Shown here: positions 1 to 10,900 of the stretch, in pieces
How the letters are laid out: the number at the start of each line of letters is the position of its first letter
Numbering within the stretch: position 1 is the stretch's first letter
DNA from: a virus
DNA: 64,000 bases
Virus record (IMG/VR): IMGVR_UViG_3300014050_000006
Coordinates: 32,001 to 96,000 of that record
Strand: one strand, 5' to 3'
The notes under the pieces: generated by a model
Databases searched by the model: none
Told to the model about the DNA's origin: nothing
Seen by the model: the letters and a program-made list of their open reading frames with translations, nothing else
Program-made: the position numbers and the translations under genes

Positions 1-726
1 TAAAACAAAAGTTCCTGGAAAATCAGAAATATTATTAGCTATAGGATTAACGATATTAAAATTATTGTACCAATATTGATTTCCAAATGTTGTATAATAA
101 TAATCTTTAACAAAAGCTACAGTGTAAGTATTTTCATCATAAAAATTATCTCTTAATTTTACGATACCAGAATATATTCCATCATAAGAATTAGATCTAT
201 ATGCAATTGGTGAGTTTATTGTACTAGATACAGGTTGTAACACAACTTCTAATGGATTTATATTATTTCTATTTAGATAACCAGTTAAAACACCAGATAA
301 AGGATATTTAACATTATCAGAAGAATTTATAGTTAAATTTTCATTGATTGGGATTACTTCTCTACCATATGCATCATAAAAAGTTTGTCCATTGACAAAA
401 ATTCCAGTATGGTATCCACTTGCATTATAAGATCCAGAAGAATTTGTAAAACCAATATCTATAAATTCTGCAATTCCAGTTATTTTTGCGTAAAGATCAC
501 CAGAATAATTAGAATAATATAAAGTATCTACTCCAGTTAAAATTAAAGATTCTTGATTAGGTATATTAAAATCATAATTTGCAAACAAAGTAATATTTTT
601 TACCTTAATCTTATTAATAGGAAATGTTACAAAAGAATTCTTATTATTATTAAGTTCTTTTAGCGTATCTGGATCAATAGGAGCGCTCCTAAATCCTGTC
701 ATAAATATTCTTGCGTATTTAGCCAT
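1..726 (-). CDS. Partial hypothetical virion/tail-associated protein (runs off left edge)
   Basis: ATG at 726 (MAKYARIFMTGFGSAPID...), frame open to the window edge. Preceded by the GTGTAA motif and AGG-N4-AGG leader; rich in S/T-G. Not in the ORF track because it is truncated. Confidence 0.75.
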   Translation of the reverse strand, partial: MAKYARIFMTGFRSAPIDPDTLKELNNNKNSFVTFPINKIKVKNITLFANYDFNIPNQESLILTGVDTLYYSNYSGDLYAKITGIAEFIDIGFTNSSGSYNASGYHTGIFVNGQTFYDAYGREVIPINENLTINSSDNVKYPLSGVLTGYLNRNNINPLEVVLQPVSSTINSPIAYRSNSYDGIYSGIVKLRDNFYDENTYTVAFVKDYYYTTFGNQYWYNNFNIVNPIANNISDFPGTFVL

Positions 727-748
727 TTTCCTTATACCTTCATATATA

Positions 749-754
749 TTACAC
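749..754 (-). promoter_or_regulatory. GTGTAA late-promoter-like motif
   Basis: One of 11 exact copies found just upstream of gene starts. Confidence 0.6.
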
Positions 755-1579
755 TATATATTCGATTAAATTTTTGTATATATTAATATTTATATTCTTA
801 ATATTAAATAAAACTTTTTGTTGGATATCATAATCATTTTTAGTTTTAGCTAAATGAATATAAAAATTGTTTTTTTCATTTATATTTTTTATAATATATT
901 TAGAATTCAAATTATGATATTCTGCATAAAATTTAAGAAATAATTGTTCAGGAATAACAGGCATACAAAAAGAATATTTTATATTTTTTAAATATTTCAT
1001 ATCATATTTTTTTCTTAAAAACTCATATATTAAAATAGATTTTTCAGCATAATCTTTAGCTATTTTTGGATCTTTAAAACCTAAAATACCACAATTATAA
1101 GATTTTTCATTTTCTGCGCCAAATCTTAATTCATTATTTAAAAAAAGTTTATCAATTAAAAAATCCCATTCTGGTATTATTTTTAAAGGAATAATATCTT
1201 TGAAAACATACATTAATTTTATATACCATTTATTTTCTTTCAATATTTCTTGATTTTGATAAATTAAATCATTTTTTATTAAATTTTTAGTTACATCTTC
1301 CAATAAAAAAGTATCTAAATCTATAATTATTTGTTTTTTTTCATTTTTTAAAACTTGCATTTTACAGCAACTCCAATAATAATCATAATAATGATTATGC
1401 TCTATTTCGTTAAAAGAATCATAATTTAGTCCAATATTTTTACAAATATTTATATATTCTTTTGTTGAATAAAGATTAATTTTAAAATCTTGTTTTTTTA
1501 AACAAAGAAAAGATAAAACTTGGGGTATTAAATATTTTTGATTATTTGATAATGGTAAAAAAGTATGAGTAAACTCCAT
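749..1579 (-). CDS. Putative GT-A fold nucleotide-sugar transferase (DUF6734-like)
   Basis: IIIDLDTFL (DxD after a hydrophobic strand), YNCGILG and late PEQ motifs typical of GT-A/GT8-like enzymes. Confidence 0.5.
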   Translation of the reverse strand: MEFTHTFLPLSNNQKYLIPQVLSFLCLKKQDFKINLYSTKEYINICKNIGLNYDSFNEIEHNHYYDYYWSCCKMQVLKNEKKQIIIDLDTFLLEDVTKNLIKNDLIYQNQEILKENKWYIKLMYVFKDIIPLKIIPEWDFLIDKLFLNNELRFGAENEKSYNCGILGFKDPKIAKDYAEKSILIYEFLRKKYDMKYLKNIKYSFCMPVIPEQLFLKFYAEYHNLNSKYIIKNINEKNNFYIHLAKTKNDYDIQQKVLFNIKNININIYKNLIEYIV

Positions 1580-3087
1580 TATTCGTTTATTTCTTTAATT
1601 TTATTAATAGTTTCTTGTATTTTTATATCTTTTAAATTTTGCAAATTTAAATGATCCATATTTTGAATATCTTCTATTGGAATATCTAATAGTGAACTTA
1701 ATAAGTCTAAATTAACAACTGCTGAAACGCTATATGGATCACTACTACTACTACTGCTGCTTGGACAATCTTTAATATTATATACATAATATTCATAATG
1801 AAAATTTCTGGGATATGGTCTAGTGACTATGCAGGGACAATCAACTGTTTTAGTACCAAGTGCTTGACATGGACCAAGTTCTGGAGTCCCTTCTGAATAA
1901 TGTGGTGGACATTGACTTGGATCTTCAACTATTGCAGAACATGGAGGTTCGATTGGATCGAATATATGAATATTCGTACACGAACCAAGAGTTTGATCAC
2001 GACATGGTGGATTCCAATTGCAAGCCCAAGTTGTTGATTTTCTGCAAACACCCTCATCTGGTACTGGTTCTGATGGTTGAGGTCTACATTCTGCGCATCT
2101 TTTGTCTCTATTACAAACAAGATAACAGAAACAACAACCATTCCTACATCTAGGATCAGGATGCCATTCACAATCATCACAACATTGTTCATTTTGCCTA
2201 CAAACATCACATGGAACTTTTCCACCAGGACAAGTATTACAATCAGGTGGTGGTGCGCTAGGTGGTGGTGGTGGAGGAGAAGGAGGAGGTGGAGGAGGTG
2301 AAGGAGAAGGACTTGGCGAAGGAGAAGGACTTGGCGAAGGAGAAGGACTTGGAGAAGGAGAAGGACTAGGTCCAGGAATCGATGAAGAACTAGATGAAGA
2401 ACTAGATGAAGAAGGAGGTGGAGGAGGTGGTGGAGGTGGTGGAGGAGGTGGTGGCGGTGGCGGGGGAGCTGGAGAAGGGGAGGGACCTGGAGATGATGAT
2501 GAAGAACTACCTGAAGAAGAAGAAGAAGAAGAAGAACTGCCTGAAGAAGAGCTACTTGATGAAGAAGATTTATCGCAACTCCAACATGGAATTCCAATTC
2601 CAAGATTAATTTTATTTAAAGTATAACCCAATGGACATGTTACTTCTATTGAAAAAAATCCAAAATCTTCACATTTTAAACTTGATGAAGATGATGAAGA
2701 TAATGGATCACATTTATAACAATTTAAATCGTTGATTCTTATAGGAGTAATTTGAAAATTAGTTCCACAATTAATATTTGGATCAGAAGAATAAAAATAA
2801 TCTTCACAGGTTGGTTTAACTGGTAAATCCCAAACGTATATATTAATGAAACTAGTTGAAACTCTATTTTCTCTATCATAAAAATAAATATATTGAGGAT
2901 GCCAGCCTAATTGAGGAATATATCCTGTTATACGATTATCCTTAGTTAATCCAAGAGTATTATGAGATAATATACTATTTGTATATATAAAATCCCCAAA
3001 ACTTTGTACTTGATAATCTATATAATAATTAGAATAAGTACTTATTACATCATTTTTACTATATAGAATATCATCTAAACTTTTCAT
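1579..3087 (-). CDS. Ser/Pro-rich, Cys-rich putative virion adhesin with conserved C-terminal domain
   Basis: Poly-Ser, poly-Pro and (SP)n linker, many Cys. C-terminal ~55 aa is paralogous to that of 13506..16826. Confidence 0.7.
   Translation of the reverse strand: MKSLDDILYSKNDVISTYSNYYIDYQVQSFGDFIYTNSILSHNTLGLTKDNRITGYIPQLGWHPQYIYFYDRENRVSTSFINIYVWDLPVKPTCEDYFYSSDPNINCGTNFQITPIRINDLNCYKCDPLSSSSSSSLKCEDFGFFSIEVTCPLGYTLNKINLGIGIPCWSCDKSSSSSSSSSGSSSSSSSSSGSSSSSSPGPSPSPAPPPPPPPPPPPPPPPPPPSSSSSSSSSSSIPGPSPSPSPSPSPSPSPSPSPSPSPSPPPPPPSPPPPPPSAPPPDCNTCPGGKVPCDVCRQNEQCCDDCEWHPDPRCRNGCCFCYLVCNRDKRCAECRPQPSEPVPDEGVCRKSTTWACNWNPPCRDQTLGSCTNIHIFDPIEPPCSAIVEDPSQCPPHYSEGTPELGPCQALGTKTVDCPCIVTRPYPRNFHYEYYVYNIKDCPSSSSSSSDPYSVSAVVNLDLLSSLLDIPIEDIQNMDHLNLQNLKDIKIQETINKIKEINE
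2245..2570. repeat. Low-complexity coding microsatellite (GGA/GGT/GAA triplets, 18-bp GGAGAAGGACTTGGCGAA units)
   Basis: Directly visible; encodes the S-run / P-run / (SP)n linker on the minus strand. Confidence 0.9.
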
Positions 3088-3119
3088 TAATATATTATAT
3101 TGTTTTTATGTCATTATGT

Positions 3120-6100
3120 TTAAGATAAATAATCATAATATCCTATTCTAAATCTATTAATTTCTTCGGTTATTATTTGTGTATCAGCTTTTTTCTCTGT
3201 TTCTGGTTCTCCACTAGCTACCCCAGTTCCACCACCATCAAGACCACTTGGTATTGGATCACAAGAAAAATTAAATACTTGATAATCTATAAAACCAGTT
3301 CCACAAACTATTCCACTACCAGTAGGATTTCGAAGACACATTGTTGTTCCAGTTCCAGATTTTAAATTTCCACTAGATAATTGATTTAATAGATCTTCTA
3401 AATTTTCTTCTTTTTCTACTTTTTTATTTTCTAATTCAGATGAAATTGGTATTTCTCTTGTTGCAGTATATTTTACATTTTCAAGTGAGTCATATGGGAT
3501 ATTTGTTGGTGCACTTGAATTTGGACTTTTAATATAAGTATTAATCGGTTGTAAATTTTGAGAGTTTGTAATTCCTGTCCAATTTATATAATCATCTGAA
3601 ATCTCAAGTTTAATAATTTTAGGCACAAGATAATTGTAAAATTGTAATCTAGATTCTAAATTTAATTTTATGTCATGACTACCAAATTTTCCACTTCTTA
3701 ATGAAATTAAATTAATAATACTGTTTCCGCTTTCATCAAATCCACCATCTATTCCAGTTAATAATGGTCCATATTCATATTGTATATTTTTATTATATTT
3801 TAATGGTTTCCAACTATATAAACCAGAAGATGCAAATTTATAATTAATATTATCAATTAAATCTTGTTTTGTTCTAAAATAATTATATCCAGTTATTTTT
3901 GTAGAATAAATAAATTCTGTAGTATATTCTTTCACAGGTGGTCTAACGCCATACAATGATGTAATTACTTTTTCATAATCAAATGGATATTGTTTAAATA
4001 TTATTTTATCTCCATCATAAAAACTATTCACAGCAATTTGACCAGAATAATAATTAAAATTATATTTTAATTTAACATTTAATGGGTTTAAATCATCTAA
4101 GAAAAATACTCCAGAATAAATTGAATCTCCACTATTAGGAGTTGGAGGAAGGCTTAAATTAAAATTAATTGCTCCAACTAAATCTTGTCCACAATTATCT
4201 TTACAATAACAACACAAAGTATTTAAATTTTCATCTATTGCAACTCTATATGTATTTACGCTTGGAGATGGATAGAAATTTAAGTATTCAGAAAAAATAA
4301 CTGGTGGTAAATATTTTTTTGGTATATCTATATAAGTCTCATTGGCCTTTAGTCTTTTTTGAGCTTCTTGACAAATTGTGCAAAATGCAGTACTACATGC
4401 CGCAGCTTTACCTTTAACAACAGTAATCGTTGGAATACAAATACTTGAATATTTTCCACTTATTTCTTTATAAAATAAAGATGGACTATCTACTGTACCA
4501 CTAAGAGATCTTTCAAAATCAATATTAAATGCTAAAGGATTTTCATTATTTAAATTATTAAATCCAGATCCAGAAATCAATTCTTTTGGACCCATTTCAT
4601 ATGTTGCCCAAATTTTATCTTGATTTTCTATATAAATTTCTTTTAATTTTTCTCCTGTTATAAAATTAACTTCTAAAGAAAGTAAATGAATATTTTGATT
4701 TTTGCCATTTAAACTATTCTCTGTATATAAGAAATCATTTTCATTTCCAGAAAGTATAGTTGTATAAATTCCAGGTTCTAGGAAATATAAAAATCCAGTC
4801 TGTGTACCAGTTATATAATTTCCATTTTGTAAATATTTATTATTACTATTAAATATTGAAAAGTTATATTCACCTAAATTATAAGTTAAATTATCATTTA
4901 TACTTTTGTATTGAAACAAACATGGAAGAGCTATATTTTTATTATTAGACAATAATGGTGGATCAATTATAACTTTATTTTTTATAAATTTATATTTATC
5001 ATTGATAGAAGAACTTGTGTTAGCGTAATACGAACTATCATAATTTATAAAATTATCTACTTTAAAGTTTTGTAATATTCTTTTTTGAGAAAGATATTCG
5101 TTAATATTATCTATAATTCCAATTGGTTTTGTTTGATCTAAAATTTCTATATTCAATATAGTAGGATTTTTTGGTATATTTTGAAAATATCCTGTTCGTA
5201 AAATAACAGAATTTAATTCAATATCGCAATCTTCTATATTATCTTCCTCAAAACCATAAAGATTAAGATCTAATAAAAGAATATGCTGTTCTCCACTTGG
5301 TGGTAAAAATTGTTGATAATAAGTATCAATTGAATTTTGTCTATATGTCTTAGGTTTATAATTAATATAATTATTTTTATCAAATGCAATTTCTGTATCA
5401 ACTTTTGGTAAACCAAATAAACCAGTATTATATTCATAAGGTTCTTTTCCAAGAAATAATCCAGTATAAATTTCTCCTAAATATCCTCTCAATGGTATGA
5501 AAGAAATATCATTTAATATATTATAACCATTTAAATTAACATAAGCAGCACCAGAAACAGGAAGATTAATATATTTTTCTATATATTGATTTCTATTAAG
5601 TTGACCAGTTATATAATTAAATATTCCTGTATCAAAAAATGGCTTTAATCTTTTATTAGTTGTTTGTATTCCATTCAGTAAAAATAAACTAGTATTAAAT
5701 TCAAATTTACTTTGATCATTTTCTTCTGAAAAAAAAGATATTTGTCCGTAACTATTATCACCCCATCCTGTTATAGTACCATTTTTTAACAAAACTACAC
5801 TGAAATTACCTCCAGCGCTAATTCCACTAGCATTATTTCCTATATTTTCTGGAACATTAATTTGCCCAGTATGATTATATCCCCATCCAGTGACTCTTCC
5901 ATTATTTAATAAAGCTAATGAATGATAAATGCCAGCGCTTATTCCAGTAGCATCATTTCCTATACCAGAAGGAATAGTAATTTGGCCAAGGGTATTATCT
6001 CCCCATCCAGTAACTCTTCCATCGTTTAATAATGCTAGACTAAAATTACCTCCAGCACTTACATCAACAGCATTATTTCCTATATCTATCGGAACATTAG

Positions 6101-6554
6101 TTTGATTAAAAGTATTATCTCCCCAAGCAACAATACTGCCATCATTTAATAATGCAAGAGAATGCCTATATCCAGCACTTATTTTTGTAGCATTATTAAT
6201 TATGCTAATTGGAATATCAATTTGTCCAGAATTATTATATCCAAATCCAGTAACATTTCCATTATTTAATATAATTAAAGAATGTCCATATCCAGCATCT
6301 ATTTTAATTCCACTTGTATTTGTTGGTATATTTATTTGACCATAATCACTGAATCCCCATCCAGTAACTGTTCCATTTTTTAATAATCCAAGATTATGAT
6401 TAAATCCAGCAGAAATTCCAGTTACTTGAACTAATTTTAATGCATCATATATTTGATTATAAGTGTCATCTCCCCATCCAGTTATCTTATTAGTATTTAA
6501 TAATGCTAATGTATGACGAAGTCCTGCACTTATTGATTTTACATTAGTTATCAT
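3120..6554 (-). CDS. RCC1/BLIP-II beta-propeller repeat tail-associated protein
   Basis: About seven ~39-aa repeats ISAGxxHSLALLNxGxVTGWGxNxxGQ in the N-terminal ~275 aa; long unknown C-terminal region with Cys clusters. Confidence 0.85.
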   Translation of the reverse strand: MITNVKSISAGLRHTLALLNTNKITGWGDDTYNQIYDALKLVQVTGISAGFNHNLGLLKNGTVTGWGFSDYGQINIPTNTSGIKIDAGYGHSLIILNNGNVTGFGYNNSGQIDIPISIINNATKISAGYRHSLALLNDGSIVAWGDNTFNQTNVPIDIGNNAVDVSAGGNFSLALLNDGRVTGWGDNTLGQITIPSGIGNDATGISAGIYHSLALLNNGRVTGWGYNHTGQINVPENIGNNASGISAGGNFSVVLLKNGTITGWGDNSYGQISFFSEENDQSKFEFNTSLFLLNGIQTTNKRLKPFFDTGIFNYITGQLNRNQYIEKYINLPVSGAAYVNLNGYNILNDISFIPLRGYLGEIYTGLFLGKEPYEYNTGLFGLPKVDTEIAFDKNNYINYKPKTYRQNSIDTYYQQFLPPSGEQHILLLDLNLYGFEEDNIEDCDIELNSVILRTGYFQNIPKNPTILNIEILDQTKPIGIIDNINEYLSQKRILQNFKVDNFINYDSSYYANTSSSINDKYKFIKNKVIIDPPLLSNNKNIALPCLFQYKSINDNLTYNLGEYNFSIFNSNNKYLQNGNYITGTQTGFLYFLEPGIYTTILSGNENDFLYTENSLNGKNQNIHLLSLEVNFITGEKLKEIYIENQDKIWATYEMGPKELISGSGFNNLNNENPLAFNIDFERSLSGTVDSPSLFYKEISGKYSSICIPTITVVKGKAAACSTAFCTICQEAQKRLKANETYIDIPKKYLPPVIFSEYLNFYPSPSVNTYRVAIDENLNTLCCYCKDNCGQDLVGAINFNLSLPPTPNSGDSIYSGVFFLDDLNPLNVKLKYNFNYYSGQIAVNSFYDGDKIIFKQYPFDYEKVITSLYGVRPPVKEYTTEFIYSTKITGYNYFRTKQDLIDNINYKFASSGLYSWKPLKYNKNIQYEYGPLLTGIDGGFDESGNSIINLISLRSGKFGSHDIKLNLESRLQFYNYLVPKIIKLEISDDYINWTGITNSQNLQPINTYIKSPNSSAPTNIPYDSLENVKYTATREIPISSELENKKVEKEENLEDLLNQLSSGNLKSGTGTTMCLRNPTGSGIVCGTGFIDYQVFNFSCDPIPSGLDGGGTGVASGEPETEKKADTQIITEEINRFRIGYYDYLS

Positions 6555-7915
6555 TATATTTTCCTTTGTATAGTATATGAAGTATCAGTATAAAAACTTT
6601 TTTCATATTTTATATTAGATATTTTATCAAAAGATATAAAATCATTAGTTTTTATATCTCCACTAGTTATAGTCAATAATGGATTACTAAAATTATTATT
6701 TATAATTTTTAATGGATTATAATAAATTTCTAAAACTCCACTATAAATATTTCCTTCGCCAGTAGTTAAATTTATTTTTTCGACACAGCCTTCACAACCA
6801 GAAAGTTGATATCCATGTTGATAATAACTTTTAAGATTTGAATCAAAATTATCTAAACTTCCAGAGTCTTGAAATGAAAGATCTCCAATTAAATAGTACA
6901 GAGTATGAAGATTAGACCAATCATTTGAATAGATTGGATTTTTTGTATATCTTAATTCATTTCCAAAATAATTTAATATAAAATTTGAATCAATTAAAGC
7001 TCCATTACCACCTGTTGATTTGATTAAATTAATAGTTAAAGTATCTTTTCTTCTATATAAAGAAGAACTGAATGAAGTATTATTACCTGGAGTAGATATT
7101 ATTCCATAAATTCCAGTAGTTAATAATGCATAAGAATTTCCCGTTGGTAAAAATTTTCCATCTAAAAGATTATCTGGAAGATAATATTTATTTCCATCAT
7201 GATATGCGCCAAAGCAAAAAAGTTTTATATTGTGTTTTAAATAATATTCAGTTGAAGTTAATTTAATTGGCGCACCAAAAAATTCTCCACTTTCGTTACC
7301 ATAATAAAGAGTATTTGTTTCTTTATAAGATTTTGGTATAGAAACAGTAACGTATCTATCAACTCCAGCTGTACCACTTATCGATACATATTTTTCTAAT
7401 TTTTTGTTACCATATTCATCAATATAAATATTTAATGGATTGCCACTGTTTGAAATTCCTGTTTGAACAAATTGATATGTTTTGCCTTTTTCAAAATAAA
7501 GATTTGGCGCTTCAAGATTATTAATATAATAACAATGATAATCTTTTATTATCGCTTCATCTCCAACTTTAATTATAGATGTATTAGTTATTTGAGGATA
7601 TATAATAGAATTTTCTGGTATTGGATAATCATCTGCATTTATTGAGAAATCATCTTTTATCCATGTATTATTATCCATTACAATTCCACTATAATTTCCT
7701 CCAGTTGTACCTTGATAGAATATGGTTATTGATTCATAACTAAAAGCTGCAAATTGATTTGGATCAAATACATAACTAATTTTATTAATTGGCGATGATT
7801 TAAATAAATAATATCCATTAGCTGTTTTTAATCCAGTTAAACTAGATCCCAGATCATAATTTACATTAGATATATTTTTATACCCAACATTTACATTATA
7901 GATTTTATCTACCAT
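6554..7915 (-). CDS. Virion protein with degenerate cupredoxin-like domain
   Basis: Segment PNLYFEKGKTYQF..SNSGNPL...TLYY...G.PI resembles phage plastocyanin-like modules but lacks the metal ligands. Confidence 0.5.
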   Translation of the reverse strand: MVDKIYNVNVGYKNISNVNYDLGSSLTGLKTANGYYLFKSSPINKISYVFDPNQFAAFSYESITIFYQGTTGGNYSGIVMDNNTWIKDDFSINADDYPIPENSIIYPQITNTSIIKVGDEAIIKDYHCYYINNLEAPNLYFEKGKTYQFVQTGISNSGNPLNIYIDEYGNKKLEKYVSISGTAGVDRYVTVSIPKSYKETNTLYYGNESGEFFGAPIKLTSTEYYLKHNIKLFCFGAYHDGNKYYLPDNLLDGKFLPTGNSYALLTTGIYGIISTPGNNTSFSSSLYRRKDTLTINLIKSTGGNGALIDSNFILNYFGNELRYTKNPIYSNDWSNLHTLYYLIGDLSFQDSGSLDNFDSNLKSYYQHGYQLSGCEGCVEKINLTTGEGNIYSGVLEIYYNPLKIINNNFSNPLLTITSGDIKTNDFISFDKISNIKYEKSFYTDTSYTIQRKI

Positions 7916-7937
7916 TTTCCTTGTTCCTATTAATAAA

Positions 7938-7943
7938 TTACAC
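7938..7943 (-). promoter_or_regulatory. GTGTAA late-promoter-like motif
   Basis: 22 nt upstream of the ATG at 7915. Confidence 0.65.
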
Positions 7944-10900
7944 TATAAATTAAGATCAGCACAAACAGTGTTTTTTACTAAATTATATAAAGCAAGATGT
8001 TCTTCATTAGATAATACTTTAGAAAAAGCCCCTGCAAAACTATAATATCCTTGACTTTTTGTACCATCATTATTTATAAAGTCTGTAGTTCCGTTTATAA
8101 AACCACTATGCATATCACATGGATAACCTAAATAACCAGTATAACATAATACTGGCAAGTTAACTCCTCCAGAAGCTGTATTAACCAAATTATATCCATT
8201 TTTATAAATATTTAAAGAACCACTTCCAGAATATGAAGCAATTGGTAAATAATTTACATTATAAGAAATCATATCATATTGATTTGTTGTATTTAATATT
8301 GGAGAAGAAGTATAACTAATTGATTTATCATTTGGAGGATTCCATTGTCCACCATATTGAATTTCATTACTATAATAATAAGCATTTGGCTGTAACCAAA
8401 TTGATCTATCACTTCCAGCACGAGAAGATTGTAACCACCAAGCTCCAAAATTTTGTTTATCAGTTTTTGCTAACATTGAAATTGTAAAATTTCCATTGAA
8501 TAATGGCAAAACTGGATGAGATATTGTTGCTTTTCCACTACTTGACCATACATAATTTCCAACATATCCACTTCTTAAAAATATTCCACTTGATGTCCAA
8601 GAAGCTTGTCCACTATTTAATAGTGTTCCATCGTATCCAGTTTTTAATCCATAAATTTTTGTTCCTGCAACTGAATTGTATCCAGAATTTAATAAATAAA
8701 CATTAATAACATTATTCCATAAATTAAGATTTTTTAATCCAGTTATAAAACTATTTATTTTATTTTGAACTGAAAAGTCAGATATATTACTTCTAATAAA
8801 GTATTTTCTAGCATCTTTATCAAAATCAGCTAATCCTAATCTTTCTAATGGATTATATTTAATGAATCCTATATTAATAGGATAATTTACTTTATATATG
8901 TATTTTTTATTTGGATTATAACATATTAATTTTAAAGTTTTTTCGCAAATAACATCATTTTCTTTTATTTGAACTTTAACATTATATGTTCCTTCGTCTT
9001 GTAAATAGCCTTGGATATATTTTCCATTTGGATTATAATAAATATTATTTGGTAAATTAGATACAGATAGTATTTGTGGATTTCTTACTTTTATTACTTG
9101 AAAACTTTTTTGAATAGAGCTTGAATAATAATGATCCGTTTCGGGTTGATAAGCAGTAATAAAACCACTGCCAGTATTATTTATAATTAATTTATTTGAA
9201 CCAGAAATTGAAATAACTCCAGTATTAGAACTTGTATATTCTATACCAGACTCATTATGATTACTAGTACCATTTAAAGTATAGCTAAAACCAGAATTAT
9301 TATTAATATTAAAAACTGGAATATTTTCTAGATTTATCTGAGAATAAGCTTTATCTACTGTAAGTGATATTGTACCTGTAGCAGGATATAAAAAAGAAGA
9401 TTCACTTGCTATTCCAGTAAGAATAGTAGTACCAATTTCAACCGCTGTAATATTATTTTTATTAATTGAAAGTAAATTAGATCCATTATAATATTCTATA
9501 ACATTTCCTTGATCTGAAAATAAAGGTAATGTTAGATTCTCTTTATATCTTAAAAATAAAGGTGAAGGTAAATTAAAATTTTGTGTTGGATTTGGTAATG
9601 AAAAATTTTCTGTTGATAATGGATCTGAAGTTTGATTGTTTTTAAGAACTGTTAGATAACTTACTCCAGTTACTGGATTATAATTAACAGTACCTTGATT
9701 TATTCCAGTTATTATAACATTTCCAGTTTTATTTAAAAAAAGTCGAAAACCAGCAATTGATGCGATAGATTGATCACTAGTAGTATATTCTAATGTTTGA
9801 CCTTCGGGTGTACCTACAGGTAAATCAATTGTTGTATAAGGATATCCAGTTAAATAAGTATTGAAATTACTTGTACTTTGATTAGCTTTATTTATCGTTA
9901 TAAAAATACCAGTATTTGAATCTGCTGGTTCATAAATATTATTTCCATTTTGTTTAGCATAAATATATCCACTACCTGCATAAGTTATTGTAACATAACC
10001 ACTACCTGCATAATCGTAAATTAATGGTTTGACAGAATAATAAGAAACTTGAAGTCCAGCATCACTAGTAATTCCTGGATTAAATGGAGCGTCTCCATAA
10101 GTTTTATTTAAAGTTATATTTGGTACTATTAAATTTTGCTGTAAACCAGTAATATTTATATTTACAAATGTAGATTTTGGATTATAATTTCCACTTTTGG
10201 GAGCAGTAATAATTATATTTGCATTACCACGGTTTCCAACAATATGGACTAACCCATTTTGATCTACTGTTGCCACTCCAGTATTAGTTGTTGAATAAAT
10301 TAATTGATTATTTGTATCAACTGAAGCATTTAAATTAAAATCTGGACTATAAATACCTGTTGAAAATGCATAACTTGGTATAGAAATGTCTTGGTCGAAT
10401 AAGCTATAAATAATATTTAATTTTACTATAGTAGGATTAGTATAGCATATATTTGGGCTATCAGGGTTGGATAAAGTTTTTAAAATGCCTCCATGATTTC
10501 CTTTTGAATAACCTATTAAACCATAACTGCGTGCACCAGAAGGATTAGACATTTCTACTATATTATTAGTAATATTTAAATGGTTTGGACCAAGATTTAA
10601 AATACTATCATCAATAATAAGCCATTGAATTGGTTCATCAGGTATGTAATAAGGAGCAAATCCAGGTCTTTGATATGGTAATTTTCTTTTAAAATGAGTT
10701 GGTAATTGATATGTTTCTCCTATTTTTAAACGGATGGAACCCGATTGTCGATATTGAATAGGATATTCTCCAAAAGTTGATGTATAATAACCTGATAAAG
10801 GATCATAACCAACATAATCTCTATGATAACCATCAAACCGATACGTATATTGTTCTCCGTCTACAGGAAGAATATTTTTAGTTCTTGAAAGTATAATATT

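Noticed and set aside
5740-6550. Regularly spaced ~117-bp repeats as a CRISPR array
   Set aside because: They are degenerate in-frame RCC1/BLIP-II coding repeats.
9969-10013. 15-bp direct repeat CCACTACCTGCATAA
   Set aside because: It is a small in-frame duplication (YAGSGY twice) with no sign of a mobile-element target site.
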